Source of the DNA: Leucoraja erinacea
Lineage: Eukaryota
Reading direction: 5' to 3'
DNA: 64,000 nt
NCBI RefSeq assembly: GCF_028641065.1
Contig: NC_073403.1
Coordinates: 23,374,001-23,438,000 of the forward strand
Shown here piece after piece: positions 12,416 to 23,872 of this stretch. A model generated the notes under the pieces. It saw nothing but the letters and a program-made list of their open reading frames with translations, searched no databases and was not told the origin of the DNA. The translations under genes and the position numbers were made by a program. Within the stretch, counting starts at the first letter, position 1. Each line of letters starts with the position of its first letter.

Positions 12416-13797
12416 ATGAAGTGTTTTGAGCGACTAGTTATGCAGCACATCAAAAACAGTCTACCTGCCGACCTAGACCCACTGCAGTTCGCCTACAGAG
12501 CCAACCGATCCGCAGAGGACGCAGTCTCAACAACACTGAACCTCGTGTTGTCACATCTCGATCGGAAAAACACCTATGCCAGGATCCTCTTCATAGACTT
12601 CAGCTCCGCTTTCAACACAATCATCCCGCAGCAGCTGGTGGAGAAGTTGGAGCTGTTGGGGGTTGATGCTGGCACATGTAGCTGGGTCCTGAACTTCCTG
12701 TCGCAGCGGCAGCAGACAGTCAGGGTGGGCAGTAGGACATCAAAAACCATAGCCGTGAGCACTGGCTCACCCCAAGGCTGTGTCCTAAGCCCCCTTCTGT
12801 TTAGTCTGCTGACACACGACTGTACTGCCAGACTCAATAACAACTTCATCAGCAAGTTCGCTGATGACACAACAGTAGTGGGTCTCATCAGTGACAACGA
12901 TGAATCGGCGTACAGGATGGAGGTGGAGCTGCTCACAGGTTGGTGCAAATCCCACAACCTCATTCTTAACGTGGGAAAAACTAAGGAGATGGTGGTTGAC
13001 TTCAGGAGGGCGGGGAAACATCACCATGCACCTCTGCACATCGACGGAGCTGATGTGGAAAGGGTCAGCAGCATGAAGTTCTTAGGACTACATCTGTCTG
13101 ATGACCTGACGTCCACGGCCAACACCACAGCTCTGGTCAAGAGAGCCCAGCAGCGACTTCACCCCCTCTGAAGACTACGGAAAGCAGGCCTCCCCACTAC
13201 ACACCTACGGACTTTTTACAGGGGGACTGTCGAGAGCACACTGACATACGGCATCACTTCCTGGTTCGGGAGCTGCAAGGCGTACGAACGGCACCAACTG
13301 GACAGGATAGTGAAGACCGTAAGCAGGATTATTGGTGCTCCACTTCCCTTCCTGCTGGACATATACAAGAAGAGATGCATCAACAGAGCCATCTCCATCA
13401 TCAAAGACCCTTACCACCCATCGCATGACTTTTTCACCATCCTCCCATCTGGGAAGAGGTACAGGAGCATCAGCTGCAAAACCAGCAGGATGCTCCTCAG
13501 CTTCTTCCCACAGGCTATAAGACTGTTAAATGAACTTTCCCCCCTGCCAAGTATCGCGCACAAACCCCCCACACTGCAGCAGAGCCACTGTTGTGCCGCT
13601 GCCGGTCGGAACGGCTGTTGAATGTTATTGAATGTTATTAGAGGGTTAAATTGTTCATGACATGTATTTTAATTTTAATTGCTATTTATTTTATTTTGTA
13701 ACGAAAACTGAATGGACACTGGTTTAGAAACGTTTTTTTGTTTCCTCTGAGTATGCGAATACTCAGGAAATGACAATAAAGATTTACAATTACAATT
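12416..13797 (+). mobile_element. Rex1/Babar-like non-LTR retrotransposon, 5'-truncated, RT nearly intact
   Basis: [58 protein letters not shown]. One in-frame TGA at 13169-13171, after which the frame continues into ORF 13310..13621. aataaa and (ttacaa) tail. Confidence 0.9.
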
Positions 13798-13947
13798 AAT
13801 ACTGTGACACGACAGTTTTGACTAAAACAAAGTCTTTATTAAACTTTGGCATGTTCGGCATGGGCATTGTGGGCCAAAGGGCCAGTTCTTGTGATGTGTT
13901 GTTCTGTGTTCCGTGATCTAAGATGCGCCCCCTAGTGTTCTGGTTAA

Positions 13948-14263
13948 AGGGCCTGGCCCACTCTACGAGGTAATTCAAGAGCTCTCCCGAGTAAAAAAAA
14001 AATCAAACTCGTGGTAAGCACGTAGAATGTACGTAGCGGGTACGTTGGAGCTCGGGACATCTCTTAGCTGCTCGTAACGCTAATGGCAGATACTCGGGAA
14101 ATGCGATAAGCTCGTGAAGACTCGTGAAGATTTTTCAACATGTTGGAAAATGTCCAAGAGAGCCCTGAATACCTATGAGCGGCCATTACCGTAATTCTCC
14201 AAGTTCGAATCAGGGGAAACGCGGGAGAACTCTTGAATTAGCTTGTACAGTGGGAAAGCCCCA
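13948..14263. mobile_element. PIF/Harbinger-type MITE, family B
   Basis: Degenerate TIRs, TAA TSD, internal sequence similar to 9027-9294 and 37512-37817. Confidence 0.75.
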
Positions 14264-14734
14264 TAACATTTACCGTCAATCATCATGACTAATTTTTACT
14301 CTTTTTATATTTGCAAAACGTGGAGTGAAAATTGGCTAGTTCTGTCTAAATCACAACACTGAGACACTGTGAAATTATGAAAGCCAAAATTAAAAAATGC
14401 AGCTTTCTTAGTCTTTTGATCTGTGGAATATTCGATTTCATATTTTCCACGCAATGTTTGATCATTTTATTAGTCTTTCACATGTGGTTCTAATTGAGAC
14501 CACATGCTGATTGTGAATCATTGGGAGAATTTTGAGCCTCTCTAATGGGTTATTTTTATTACGTGCAACCTGTGAGTTTATTGATAAGCAGTCCTTTTTT
14601 GTAACGTGACATGCAGATACGATATACTGGCTTCTCTAGCCATGGTCCAACCTGTCCTTGCCAACCGCCATGCCCCATCTATGCTAGTCCCGCCTGTCTG
14701 TGTTTGGCCCATATTCCTCTAAACATTGTGTGTC

Positions 14735-14915
14735 GGAAGGAACTGCAGATGCTGGTTTACACACGAAGATAGACACAAAATGCTGGAGCAACTCAGTGGG
14801 TCAGGCAGCATCTCTGGAGAAAAGGAATAGGTGACGTTTCGGATCGAGACCCTTCTTCAGACCGAAGAAGGGCCTCGACCTGAAACGTTGCCTATTCCTT
14901 TTCTCCAGAGATGTT
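14735..14915. mobile_element. Inverted pair of Penelope-like terminal repeats with a hammerhead-like core (14831-14862, minus)
   Basis: Minus strand gtCTGAAGAagggtctcgatccGAAACGTCac. Confidence 0.7.
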
Positions 14916-16377
14916 GAGTGTCCCTCAAAACCTTTCCTATCCATGTAGTTGTCCAAATGTCATTTAAATGCTGTGATAGTACCTGCCTCAACTACCTCCT
15001 CTGGCAGCTCATTGCATATACCCACCACCCACTGTGTGAAAAAGTTGCCCTTCGGGATCCTATTACATCTTTCCCCTCTCATCTTAAATCTATGTCCCCA
15101 TGTTATTGACTCCCCTACCCTGGGACTCCAGGGTACCCTGACTCTGTTAATTCCCCCTATCTTTTTCCCCTTATGATTTTGTGCACCTCCATATAATATT
15201 GACAGATGGATTCAGAACATTTAATCTTGCTGAGATTTGCCAGGATTTATGCTGCTGAATTGTGTCTGTCATTCTACACTTAGGATCTGTGACCCTATTG
15301 ATTTCATTGGTGGTTACGGGACATGAGATAAAACATCAAAGCTGATGTGTTTCAGAGACAGACGCAAAGTGCTGGCGTAACTCAGCGAGGTCAGACAGCA
15401 TCTCTGGAGAGAAAGGACAGGTGATGTTTCGGGTCGGGGTCATTCTTCAGATTGAAAGTAAGGTTTCTCTAAACTAAGATTGGTTTAAGAAGCAATTAGA
15501 CGGGCACAAGGAGAGGACAAGTTTATACTGTTGTGATATGGACCAAATGCAGGCAAGTGGGACTAGTGTAGATGTGACATGTTGGTCGATATGGGCAAGT
15601 TAGGCCGAAGGCCCTGTCTCCACACTGTTTGACTACGATTCTATATGTCCCAGGGAATTTGTACCATTAATTCTTCCATGCATTGCCCACATTCTTTTTT
15701 TATGTTTAAATGAATAGTCCACTAATATATCTCATCATATTTATTATCATGGAAAGGTTTGTTGATCATGTGCTCAGGTGACACTAAAGGGTATAATTCA
15801 CAGTCAAAACACTTACTGCACTTAGATTAGATTACATTAGCTCGATTTTCATTTTTTATACATCCTTGTAAATGCTAATCTACTAATTTTTCAGTTTGAA
15901 TACCTCATTATTCATTAACCTTTGCAGCCTCATCAGTCTGAATGCAGAGATAAGGCTTCTCAACTGCTCAAATAATGGAAATTTAAACCAGTAATTTTGC
16001 AAATGAATTAATTGATGCTGCTGTGTTAGAAGGTACCGTAGATGCTGGTTTATGTCAAAGATAGACACAAAATGCTGGAGTAACTCAGCAGGTCAGGCAG
16101 AGCATCTGGAGTAGAGGAATAGAGGGTCGAGACCCTTCATCAGATATTTATGTTGCTATTCTGCAACGTACATTCTCATTGCAGTTGAGTTCTGCTTGTG
16201 GAACTCACTCTGAAAGACTCCCATTTTAATAACACTAACTAGACAATTTTATTGATCGATGTGCAAGGCCATCTGATCCCTGGCTGATGAACAAACACTG
16301 CAGATTCTCTGCCTCTTCTTCATTTTAGAAACTGCTCTGAGGTAAAAAGGAGAATTTCAAAGCAGGTAGCTAACTAA

Positions 16378-16775
16378 AGCACAGTGGCACAGCTGGTAGA
16401 GTTGCTGCCTCCCAGCAACTGACCTGGGCTCGATCCCAACCACGGATGCTGTCCGTGGTTGCGTTTGCCCTTTCTTCCTATAACTGCGTGGGTTTCTTCC
16501 GGGAGGTCAGGTTTCCTCCCATATCCCGAAAGGGTAATAAAAAGGAACTTCAGGTGCTGATTTATACCAAAGATAGACACAAAATGCGGCAGCATGCCAG
16601 ATCCACTGAGTTACTCAGATGGGGATTTGTGAAATAATTGACATTTGCAAATTGCCCTCTAGTTTGTAGGAAATTCAATGACATTGAACTAGTTTGAACA
16701 GGTGATCAATGGTCAGCAGGGACTTGGTGACTCAAAGGGCCTGTTTCCATGCTGTATCTCTAAACTAAAACAAAC
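16378..16775 (+). mobile_element. HE1-type SINE with a nested Penelope-terminus fragment
   Basis: SINE head at 16378, insert at about 16543-16618, SINE tail to 16775. Confidence 0.7.
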
Positions 16776-17096
16776 TAACGAGTCTGTAAAAAAAACAGTT
16801 CTGGCCTTGTTGGTAAAACTGACATAGAACTGACATAGAACTAGTGTGCAAAGGTGATCTATAGTCAGTGTACCCTCACTTAGCCAGAGGGCCTGTTTCC
16901 ATGCTGTATCTCCAAACTAAAACTAAACAATGGGAAATAAATTATTGTTTGAAGTTGAATTTATGTGTACCATAGAATTCAACCATTGGCCGAATTCTAT
17001 CTTTTCTATCTTCAAGTTCCCTGGAGAGATTCATGTTATGTTATTTTGATCTGGAAGTGCATTAATTCTGAGAATCCTAATCCTGCGTGACTATGA

Positions 17097-17796
17097 CAGG
17101 CAGGGATGGAAAACCCGGGGGTGCCAGAGGGGACATGTCCCCCCCCCCCCACCCGGGGGACAACCCACCCCAAGTTTTTGTGATCTGGATTTTAAAACCG
17201 GGTGAAATCTCTGCTTTCCGTGAGACAGTGGGGGTGGGACTGATGATCGAGGGCGCTGAGTGGACGAGAGAGACGTCGGTCAGCAGGCAATGGGGGCGTG
17301 ACATGATGATTCAGCGCGATGATTGGTGGAGGGAGGAATAGGGGTGGTAGGACTGAAGATAGAGTGCGGTGATTGGAGGAGGGAGACGTGGCACAGACCT
17401 GCGCCTTATTCGCAGCCAGGATCGAGCCCGGCCGGCTCTCCGGCGCTGTCCCGAGTGCCCCCTCTCCCACGCGTGGCCAGAGAGGTCGGGAGTCAGACGC
17501 AAGCAGAGCCCCCAGGCCCACAGCCAGCGCAGAGAAGCAGTGCAAAACCCAGCTCAACTCTGCCTGTCCCACCAGGTGAACCTACAGCCCTCCCTGGACC
17601 TGCGGGAAATATGGCCAGCACGGAGAAGCAGCACTGTAGTTCATCCGGTGAGACAGGCAGAGTTGAACTGCATTTAGCGCTGGATTGAGCCTCCGAAGCC
17701 TCGCGCGCGCGTGTGTGTGTGTGTGTGAGAGTGTGTGCATGCCAAAAAATGGTGTCCCCCGGTCCCCTCCATGTTTTGATAGCGAGTTCCGCTCTT
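17097..17796. mobile_element. Probable non-autonomous DNA transposon (GC-rich, hAT-like ends)
   Basis: GC-rich block starting cagg...ggggacatgtcccccc and ending gtgtccccc...gagttccgctcttg. TIR and TSD are not cleanly resolved. Confidence 0.4.
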
Positions 17797-18282
17797 GATG
17801 ATGATTGCGTATGTGGGACAGGCCCTTCAGTGGGACAGGACCTTAAGTGTAATAAAGACTTATGCCGTGGTACATTAACTATCTGGACAATAAATTACAC
17901 TTTTCCTCCTTTCTCAAGGGTGCGAGAGTTTTCGTTTTGTATAGCTTCCATGAATTTTCACTTGACAGGGAAGTGTTCTGAAATGGAGTGCTTCTTAAGT
18001 GGAATGTGAAGTTAAAATATTAATCAGAAGGGGAAACTGCTGTAGTTGGTGCTGGAAGTGCACAGCTACCTCCAATTCGTGTAACAGTTCATGTCACCTT
18101 CAGTCAGACGTATTTAAAACTTTTGACCTGTGCTTTAGTTGAAAATTAGTGAAGCGAGCAGCATTGCAAAGTGATCAATCCATCTGAAGTGAGATTTTCC
18201 ATCCCACTGGTCTGAAAAAAAGTAAGTCTTACATACTCACAGTGTCACCAATTAGACTTCCCCAAGAAGGTGCAACTTAAAG

Positions 18283-18572
18283 AGGACATGACTTGAGAAT
18301 TAAGGGACAGAAGTTTAGGGGTAACATGAGGGGGAACTTCTTTACTCAGAGAGTGGTAGCTGTGTGGAATGAGCTTCCAGTGGAAGTGGTGGAGACAGGT
18401 TTGATTTTATCAATTAAAAATAAATTGGATAGGTATATGGACGGGAAAGGAATGGAGAGTTATGGTCTGAGTGCAGGTAGTTGGGACTAGGGGAGAATAA
18501 GTGTTCAGCACGGGCTAGAAGGGCCGAAATGGCCTGTTTCCGTGCTGTAATTGTTATATGGTTATATGGTTA
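18283..18572 (+). mobile_element. CR1/HER1 LINE 3' end
   Basis: RGNFFTQRVVAVWNELP..KNKLDRYM followed by a (tatggtta) tail. Confidence 0.85.
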
Positions 18573-18911
18573 AAGAGCTAACACATTATCTGGTCCACAC
18601 TAAGATGTACAAACTGCTATGACCTCTAACAGAACCTCACACATGTGTCTTGATTGTTTTGTTCGTGGAGAACAGGATCACAGGCGCTCTCACAGTGGCA
18701 CAGTGGTATTGCTGCCTAGAAACTCCAGAGACCCAGGTTCTATCCTGACTAAAAAGAGTTTGCACGTTCTCCCTGTGAATGCATGGGTTTACTCTCGGTT
18801 CTCCAATTTCCTCCCTCTAAAGACGTACAGGTTTGTAAGTTAATTGGCTTTTGTAAATTGTAAATTGTCCCTATTGTCCCTATTGTGTAGAACAGTGTTA
18901 GTAAATGGTGT

Positions 18912-19049
18912 CTTCTTCTTGCGTATGGCGTGCACAGCCTAAAGTTGTAGAACAACTTGTTCTATTTGATCCTATTTGATTGTGCACACCAGGTTGATTG
19001 CATTCGTCGAAACAGGGTGGACCACATGAAGGTAGCAATCTCCCACCCC
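18912..19049 (-). mobile_element. 138-bp non-autonomous Vingi-derived retroelement (ribozyme head plus Vingi 3' tail)
   Basis: 12-bp TSD agtaaatggtgt at 18900-18911 and 19050-19061. The 40 nt at 18911-18950 match the Vingi tail at 9434-9473 in 37/40 positions. Confidence 0.85.
18996..19049 (-). ncRNA. Predicted minimal HDV-like (CPEB3-type) self-cleaving ribozyme
   Basis: GGGGUGG GA GAUUGCU ACC UUCAUGU GGU CCACCCU GU UUCGA CGAA UGCAAUC. P1 is 7 bp with a G1-U wobble, P2 has 6 of 7 bp, P3 is ACC/GGU, L3 is UUCAUGU, and J4/2 is CGAA (catalytic C at 19006). Confidence 0.8.
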
Positions 19050-21065
19050 AGTAAATGGTGTGATCGCTGGTTGGTGTGGACCCGGTGGGCCAAAGGGCCT
19101 GTTTCCACACTGTATCTCCAAAGTCTAAATCCAACAGGTAACAGGTACTTGCTCCTTTGGTGGAGAAGGGTAGGAATGCCAAAGGATAGCTAGAATGTTA
19201 ACTATCACACCCTGGAGCTGGAAGTTGCCCAAAATTTGGAGACGAGGGAAAACTGTACATGGTAGCTGCAGATAATTTACTATATAGGGGAACAGGTAAC
19301 ATCCTTTGAAAGCAGGATTGAGAATCTCATTTGAGAGGAATGAAAAGGTTCCAAAGGTGATGAGTGAGGTGGGATGGTCCATTTGTCTTCCATTGGGACA
19401 AAAAGCTAGGAAAATGGAGGCAAGAGGCCCTATCTGGAAGGTACTGTATGATTGACGTCAAGATAAATAATGGGGCTTCAAGCTTTGTAAGTTTGTGATT
19501 ACTTTTTGAGCCCTATGCAAAGAATGATGTGATAAGAAAATTAGGGATGTGATCACCTGAGTGAAAGGTAGATGGCGGTAAGAGGGGTTCCATTGCACAG
19601 CACATCGAGTCAGGATTCCAGCACTGCATTTCCTTCATGTCTAGTGTACATTCAGGACAAGTTCCATATGATCTAGGCTGGTACCAGAGCTCCAGCAGAA
19701 AGGATAAACATGGTGGTTTCAAGTGTATTGGCAATTTTTCAACATTTCCAGTCCTCTTTTCCAGTTGCCATTAATACACAGGTACAGTAGGGGTGATCTT
19801 ATGCAGACCCAATAGAACAGATCTTCCAGTCATAATTTCCAGTTTGGTTGGTTGTTTATTGAAGTAGTTGTACAAACAAAGTGATGAATGTACCAGGTTT
19901 TCCTAACTCTGCATGCAAGTTGTAGCTGGTTGCTCTGTCCCTGGTCTGCTGAGAACTGTATGCGCTCCCTACCTGTGCCTGCCCCTTCCTGTCCCCCTTG
20001 GCCCTTATATATACACCACCCTTTGCATCTAATGACCACCCCAAGTGTCCAAAATAATACTGCAAGATATATCTAAGCAAAATAATATCATATGCCAACA
20101 ATAAACAGAAATGGCTCCTACAGCAAGAACAACCTGAGTAAATGGGTCAGAAGGGAAAACTCAATGGGGACAAAACAAGACCTCATGATGAATGAGAGAG
20201 TGAACGGTAGGCTAATTGTGTTCTGAACACCACAGGAAAAGGAAGGATTAAAGTAACCTCACCCAGAAAGAGAAATAAACAATTATATAAAATGAAATGA
20301 GAGCAGCAGAGAGTGAGGGGCAAATTAAACTTAATTTACATAAATACATTGTGCAAAATGTGCAAATGTAAATTTAAAATACATTATGTTAAGTAACGCA
20401 TTTAAGGGCAAACTGCATGAACTGAAAGTGCTGTCGTACCTGTGGAGAATAACCCGGAGGTTGTATCATGACAACCATTTCTTAATCACAGGTGCAAGAC
20501 AGACAAGTCAAGAAAACAAATACAGGAGTTTATAAAATCTACTGAGTAGCTGGGAAATGATAAACGGGGGATTAGGCATGTAAAAGACTATCACAAGACC
20601 AAACAACAGAATGTGGAAACATGGAACTGAAAGGTAAGAAATAGGAAAAAGAGTTGAGAGTGTGAATGAGTAGCAGAATCTGGTGGGAATTGATGACAAT
20701 GTAGATGAGCTCATCAATGCCTCGACCTTCTTAAAGGTTTGAGCAGATTTGGCATGAGGAATACTCTATGGAAATTCTACATGTGTACAGTAGAGAACAA
20801 TAGCGATTGCATCATGGCTTTGTTCGGTAACTCAAATGCCCAAGAATGAAGGCAACGACTTTGGGTGTCTAGATTCAGAAACAAAGTTGTGTGAAAATAC
20901 AGAGATGTTCTTGTAACTTGCATTGCGCAACCATTGTAAATATGCTATTCTATGGAGTTAATTTGCTGTACCTAATATGTTGAAGTGTATGTGGAATTGT
21001 TGCATTTGAAACTCTTCAATCGTCTGCTGTTATTGTTGTGCTCAAGAATTGTAAAATCTCAATAT

Positions 21066-21195
21066 TATGAAGGAACTGCGGATGCTGGTTTAAACCGAAG
21101 ATAGACACAAAAAGCAGGAATAACTCAGCAGGACCAGCAGCATGTGCAGAGAAGGAATGGGTGGCATTTCAGGTCGAGACCCTTCTTCAGACTGG
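21066..21195 (-). mobile_element. Stand-alone 130-bp Penelope terminal repeat with TSD
   Basis: Flanked by tctcaatat at 21057-21065 and 21196-21204. The minus strand begins ccagtctgaagaagggtctcgacctgaaa. Confidence 0.75.
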
Positions 21196-21273
21196 TCTCA
21201 ATATATTTTGTGCACAGAGAGATAATTCCAGAATGTCTGCTTCTTGTGCTACATAAAGACTTATTACATCTAC

Positions 21274-22340
21274 TATATTCTACTATAAACCCACTGACTC
21301 CCATGGCTATCTGGACTACACTTCTTCCCACCCATGCTTCCTGTAAGGACTCCATCCCGCATCTGCACCCAGGATGAGGTGTTCCAAACCAGGAAGATGT
21401 CCTCATTCTATAAGGAACGGGGTTCCCCTCTTCAACTATAGATGAGGTTCTCACCAGGGTCTCTTCTATAGCCCGTAACTGCTCACACTCCCCATCCCCT
21501 CACTCGTAACAAGGGCAGGGCCCCCCTTGTCCTCACCTTCCACCCTACCAGCCGTCACATACAACAGATAATCCTCCGACATTTTCGCCACCTCCAACGG
21601 GATCCCACCACTGACCACATCTTCCCATCTCCCCTTTCAGCTTTCCGCATAGACCGCTCCCTTCGTAACTCCCTGATCAATTCGTCCCTTCCCACCCGAA
21701 CCACCCCCTCCCCTGGTACTTTCCCTTGCAGCAACAGGAAATACTACACTTGTCGCTTTACCTCCCCCCTTGACTCTATCCAAGGACCTAAGCAGTCTTT
21801 TCAGATGCGGCAGAGGTTCACCTGTATCTCCTTAAACCTCATCTATTGCATCCGCTGTTCCAGGTGTCAGGTGCTCTACATCGGTGAGACCAAGCGTAGG
21901 CACCTTCGCTCAGTTCGCAATAACCAACCTGATCGCCCGGTGGCTCAGCACTTCAACTCCCCCTCCCATTCCGAATCAGACCTTTCTGTCCTGGGTCTCC
22001 TCCATGGCCAGAGGGAGTCCCACCGTAAATTGGAGGAGCAGCACCTCATATTTTGCTTGGGTAGTTTACACCCCAGCTGTATGAATATTGACTTCTTCAA
22101 TTTCAGGTAGTCCTTTCTTTCTCCCTCTTTCCCTTCCCCTTCCCAGCTCTCCCACAGCCCACTGTCTCCACCTCTTCCTTTCTTCTTCCCGCCCCCACCT
22201 CCCCCACATCAGTCAGAAGAAGGGTCTTGGCCCGAAACCTCACCTATTCCATCGCTCCATTGATGCTGCCTCACCCACTGAGTTTCTCCAGCATTTTTAT
22301 CTACCTTTGATTATTCCATCATCTGCAGTTCCTTCTTAAA
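21274..22340 (+). mobile_element. Penelope-like element (PLE), 5'-truncated, GIY-YIG endonuclease remnant
   Basis: ORF 21805..22110 NLIYCIRCSRCQVLYIGETKRR..PVAQHFN..RKLEEQHLIF. 12-bp TSD tattacatctac at 21262-21273 and 22341-22352. Confidence 0.9.
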
Positions 22341-23872
22341 TATTACATCTACATGTTCTCTCTCTGTGTAGCTCATTCAAAGTCACAACAGAATGATAAG
22401 AGCAGTATTTACGGTACTGGAAAGGATAACCTGAAGAACCAAGAAATTTCCAGCTTCAAGGTCATGATGATAATCTGACTGTTGTGCCTCAGAAATTTAC
22501 TAAATTTCACTAAACTATCTTATCTGGGACTTCAAATGAGTTGCAGAAAATGTGGTGAGTAGAACCAATCTTAAATACGCCAATATAACATGTAATTCCG
22601 TGTTAAACTGAGAGGCATAATAGGTCAGGTTGAACGCTGAAGTGTATTTTCTTCCTGTATGTCGTTAGAATCTATATCAAACTCAAAGTTCACTTTGAGC
22701 TAACACAAAAGGTCACAAAGTGCAGGGGTTGATCAGTAGGTCAGGCTGCATCCCCAGAGAACATGGATAGGTGATCTTTCTGGTTGAGACTCTTCTTCAG
22801 GTAGTTTTAAACTGATGGAGGGATCCAGTTGCATTTGGGAATGATGGTGATTGGATTTCCTACAGTCTCCCCTATTGCAAAGGATTCTGCTATTAGTTAA
22901 CAATTGTAGAATACTGGATTTATTGTTGAAAGAATTAGCCAACTTCAATTAACAGCTCAATTAATAATCCATTACTTTAATGGATTCTGGCTCTTGATTG
23001 TGCTTTCCTCATCTACAAGTAGTAATGGTGCTGGAGACTGAGATTTATAATTCTCATAAAGTCTATGTTTGGCTTGGCTGATTCAATGCCGTGGACAATC
23101 TAGTTAGTATTTACATAGCTATATATTCATTGGGGTACTTAAAACAGTTAAACAAATTTAATAATCATATGGGAATGGTTAAAGAAATAGCAATATTATA
23201 CAGGCACACCAAAGACTATGTTCCTGATACAAACCAGTACAAACATCAGACAGCAACATCAGGTATTTTTCACATTACACAGGAGCAAGTTTGAGAAGGT
23301 AACACTAGGGATGGGTGTAAACCATGGGTGTATATGGTTGTATATATGTATATATGTATGTAGCGCCGTAGAATCTATCTCCCCCCCCCCCTTCTCCCTT
23401 CTGTTTTTGTTTTTCTGTTTCTTGTTTTTTGTGCTAAATTGTATGTATGCACTGAGTACTAGCAGCTAGTATATTGTATAGTGACAATAAATGGCATATC
23501 ATATCATAAACCTCTGGTGGTCAGCATTACAGTGGCACTGACAAGACAACTGGAATATTGTGTAAAGTTGTTTGTCAGAAACAATATACTTGCTATGGCA
23601 GGAATGCTGCAAAAGTCAGCAAATATCTGGGATGATGTAACTGCTCTATTAGAGATTGGCTTTGACTGGAACTAATGTGCAGGAAGGAACTGTAGATGCT
23701 GGTTTGCACCGAAGATAGACACAAAATGCTGGAGTAACTCAGCGGGTCAGGCAGCATCTGAGAAGAAAAGGCATAGGTGATGTTTTCGGTGGAGACTCTG
23801 CTTCAGTCTGAAGAAGGATCTCGACCAAAGATGCTGGCTGACCCGCTGAGTTACTCCAACATTTTGTGTTAA

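Larger units (their letters stand above)
18690..19128 (+). mobile_element. HE1-type SINE, host of the ribozyme-bearing insertion
   Basis: SINE consensus is interrupted between 18911 and 19050. Confidence 0.8.

Noticed and set aside
18231-18275. Minus-strand donor gtgagtatgt preceded by 'IGDT', resembling the ASIC 'WGET' exon end
   Set aside because: Wrong phase, and no upstream ASIC homology (no LDIQQDEYLP).
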